Source of the DNA: Magallana gigas
Lineage: Eukaryota
NCBI RefSeq assembly: GCF_963853765.1
Contig: NC_088859.1
Coordinates: forward strand, 46,810,001-46,874,000
DNA: 64,000 nucleotides
Reading direction: 5' to 3'
Position numbers and translations under genes: made by a program. Shown piece after piece: positions 60,756 to 64,000 of this stretch. The notes under the pieces are model-generated. The model did no database searches, was not told where the DNA came from, and saw only the letters and a program-made list of their open reading frames with translations. Each line of letters opens with the position of its first letter. Position 1 is the first letter of the stretch.

Positions 60756-63244
60756 TTACCAGTTGTCAATTCCAGGCATGGGAAACTTCAGAGCAAAGTT
60801 TTCAACATCTGAGCGCAGATTGTCAATTTTGGCTTTGATTGTCTGATCTGCATCCAGTTTTGCCTTGAAGTCCTTCAGCAGTGGTCCACAGTCCTGCATC
60901 GCCTCTTTGGTAATTACAAGACCTGAAAATCCATGACATATTATTGTAAAAACAGTGTTTAGTCACATCCTGATTTAAACAATACCATTCCCAGGTTTGG
61001 TGGCAAGCTCAGAAATTGCTTCCTTTTAAGGACAACAACACAATTTCAAATTATATCTACGAGAAAGATCTTCATGAAAACTTAATGAAATAGAGTTGCT
61101 GATGGCAATTTATTTCCATTTGTAAAATAAGATTATTAAAGATTGCATCAATTTTTACAATTTTTTCTAAAATAATCATGTCCTTTGGGGGATATGGTTA
61201 TAAATAAATGATTTACTTGAAAAACGGTTGTCACTTTAAGTTTGCTAAAAATATGATACCTTTATGAATAAACTCCACAACTTGTTCAAAATCCTTTTCC
61301 TTAAAGTCCCTAGAGGTTAGAGCAGGTGCTCCTATTCTCAATCCACTTGGTTTCAGCGCACTCTTATCTCCTGGACAAGTGTTTTTATTTAAAGCTATGC
61401 TGACACACTCCAATACTCGCTCGGCTCGAGCACCATCCATACCATTGGGTCGCAGATCAATCAGGATCAGATGGTTTTCTGTTCCCCCTGTGAACAAGAC
61501 GAAAACAGAAAAAGTGATTCTTTCTGTCCTCTGTACTTATATTTTTGCCTTAATTTAGTTTAGTTCTGTAAGCTATCATTGTCATTTAGTGAATTTAAGA
61601 ACAGAGCTAATCTAAAATAGTAAGTCACAATTTTATAACAACAACATTAGAGCAACTTAAAAATTGAGCAAAACTCTTTAGGATTATAATTAGGCTATGA
61701 ATTAGCATGAGATGGTTCTTATCATACCTGTCACTACAGTATATCCTTTTTCCATGAAGGCTTTGCACATGGCCTGGGCATTTTTGACTACCTGCTGTTG
61801 GTAAGTTTTGAATTCTGGTCTGGCAGCTTGTTGTAGGGCAACAGCAACACCTGCAAAGTACACACATGTCATAAATAAATAAATTTCTAAAACCTAAACA
61901 TGGTATCCTAATTTTTTTTTCATTTCATGCTATTAAAATTGAAATGATAACTATAAATTTATGTTGGAGATAATCATGTAAATTTTTTTAATCAATACAA
62001 GAGTCCTCACAGTGACTCGTGAGAGATTTCTTCAATGAGGAAACTCATTTCATCAGTGCAGTATAGGAGATGAGGGGGCTGCCTGTAGTCCATTAGCCCC
62101 AACTCTAAGCACTTGCCTGCTATCTGGTGGTTATGGGGGCCTCCCTGTAGTCCCGGGAACACCGCCTCATTGATTCTCCTCTCCAAATCATACTTCTCCT
62201 CTTTTCCATTTTTCAATTTTCTGACTCCTGAATAAGGAAATTCCAAACTTTCAATGTCACAAACAAAACAAATCTTTTTCTTATTTTTTACGATTTTATA
62301 TATTGTACAAATACTTGCATTGTGAAAAACATAATGTTGCCAAAAACATCTTCATGTGTTAAAGCCTTGGCCATACCTCTCCTGAAGAAAATCATCCCTG
62401 ACCTTGGTCCTCTCAGAGTTTTGTGTGTTGTGGTAGTTACAATGTCACAATATTCAAAAGGACTTGGGGCAACTCCTGTTGCTACAAGCCCACTCACATG
62501 AGCCATATCTGCTAGTACGTATGCACCATTTTCATCTGCTATCTCCCTAAATCGCTTGTAATCAAGATGCCTGGAGTAACAGCTCACTCCTGCAAAAAAA
62601 ATAGAGTGCAGTCATAGATCACAAAGCTAAACCCAGCTATGTCTTTGATTCTAAGAATAATAAGTCACATTCAACAACTAAAGCATAAGTATCATATACA
62701 TGTATCCTTATTGTCACTGTGACTTTGGATATGACGTACTAAAAGAGACTTACTCTGAATTCTATAATCTAAGGGGCTGATGCAGAGGGCAGGGTTGACT
62801 TAAATTTTAATTTAATTTTTACAACCAAAACATTGAGACCTAATAAAGTAGGAGATATTTAAATCAACCTGTTTACAATCAATACCTGCAATAATCATGT
62901 TAGGTAGGAAGAGTTTAGCATTCTCATGGAGCTGGTCATAGTCAATCAATCCTGTTTTGGGTGACACTCGGTAAGGGAACGACTCAAAGTAAACAGATGT
63001 AGCTGAGATTTTCTTCGTGGGGGTCATGAACCCATGACTTAGATGGCCTCCGTCTGGTAGATGAAGACCCATGATTCTCCCATGAGGCCCGACAACTCCA
63101 GTGTAGACCGCAAAGTTTGCAGGTGATCCAGAAAGAGGTTGAACATTGACCCCCCATTCTTCAGGGGACAACCCATACAAATCCAACGCCCTCTTCTGAC
63201 AAAGCCGCTCAACTTGGTCAATGTATTCATTCCCTCCATAATAC
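60756..63244 (-). CDS. SHMT1: Serine hydroxymethyltransferase, 3' six exons; 5' part outside the window
   Basis: Minus-strand exons 63244-62886, 62589-62377, 62227-62117, 61850-61728, 61487-61260 and 60922-60756. [39 protein letters not shown], the PLP lysine motif [31 protein letters not shown] and FPMPG. SHMT1 vs SHMT2 cannot be decided without the N-terminus. Confidence 0.95.
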
Positions 63245-63851
63245 CTAAATTTGATATGATAAAAGAAAATGTTGGTGTTAAGCTAAATGACTTTTGTTTC
63301 AAAAATGGCACATGCTTTTACCAAGATAAAACAATTGGTGAAATTTTTTTTTTATTTACATTTCCCCATACTTTATCTTTTAAAAAAAAAAAAAGTTATG
63401 TCTTCAAACACTATACATTGTAGTGTTAGTTCTCAGATAAAACATATTTAGAATCTAAAACCCACGTTACAATACAGTTCGTAAATGGGTTTCAAGCCAA
63501 CGGGCATCTTATCAGTCCTGGGAAAGAACACTGTTCAAACAATTCTTACAGCATTGATTAAATCAAAGTAATGAAGAACTGACGGGAGTTGATTTTGTCA
63601 ATGTTTATTTATTCTTAAATCAATGATATGTTATTTTGCATGATAAGTACATATAGTTTCTAATTTGTATTTGAATTATGCACATTTTTATTAATGAATT
63701 TTTTGATTTTTTCGACAAGAATGTCGAGAAACCCCCATATGAATCATGTTAAATAATATTTAAAGATATATAACATTTATTCAATCAAACTATGTATCAG
63801 TAATAGAAAATATTTCACGAAAATTGTATGGATCCAAGCAATATTGAACTC

Positions 63852-63955
63852 TAGTCTCGTTCAACCAAACGCTCGGCTGACACCGTAAATCTCCGACAAG
63901 CAAGAGAGAATCTCTGCTTGTCGGAGATTTACGGAGACAGCTGGCGTAGGAATAC
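63852..63955. mobile_element. Second copy of the CTCGTTCAA / TCTCCGACAAG MITE in an SHMT intron
   Basis: TAGTCTCGTTCAACCAAACGCTCGGCTG..CCGTAAATCTCCGACAAGCA...TGCTTGTCGGAGATTTACGGAGACAGC hairpin. Confidence 0.7.
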
Positions 63956-64000
63956 TTACGACTACAAAAAATATCTAAATTGTTCATACCATTTAAAATC

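Overview
AT-rich, intron-containing animal genomic DNA, most likely a bivalve of oyster type (inferred from the repeat families and gene content). I assembled exons by hand from GT/GC-AG junctions and frame continuity. Host genes in order: HGS (3' part, +), METTL26 (-), tRNA-Gly(CCC) (-), MCRIP (+), RADIL-like (+), TXNDC15 (-), intronless ELOVL6-like (+), intronless TSSK (-), CLUAP1/IFT38 (+) and SHMT (3' part, -). The main discovery is an apparently intact 7.15-kb DNA transposon at 12665-19814. It has 55-bp TIRs (54/55 identical, TATGG...CCATA) and a 6-bp target duplication (CACAAT/CGCAAT). It carries two convergent spliced genes: an 11-exon, 663-aa RAG1/Transib-core-like DDE transposase with an inserted SAP domain, and a 4-exon, ~278-aa chromodomain protein where ProtoRAG has RAG2. 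A non-autonomous fold-back element with the same terminal signature and a perfect 6-bp TSD is nested in its left end. The second highlight is the METTL26-tRNA-Gly(CCC)-MCRIP block next to HGS, which matches the human 16p13.3/17q25.3 arrangement as I recall it. All family assignments come from motif recognition without database searches.
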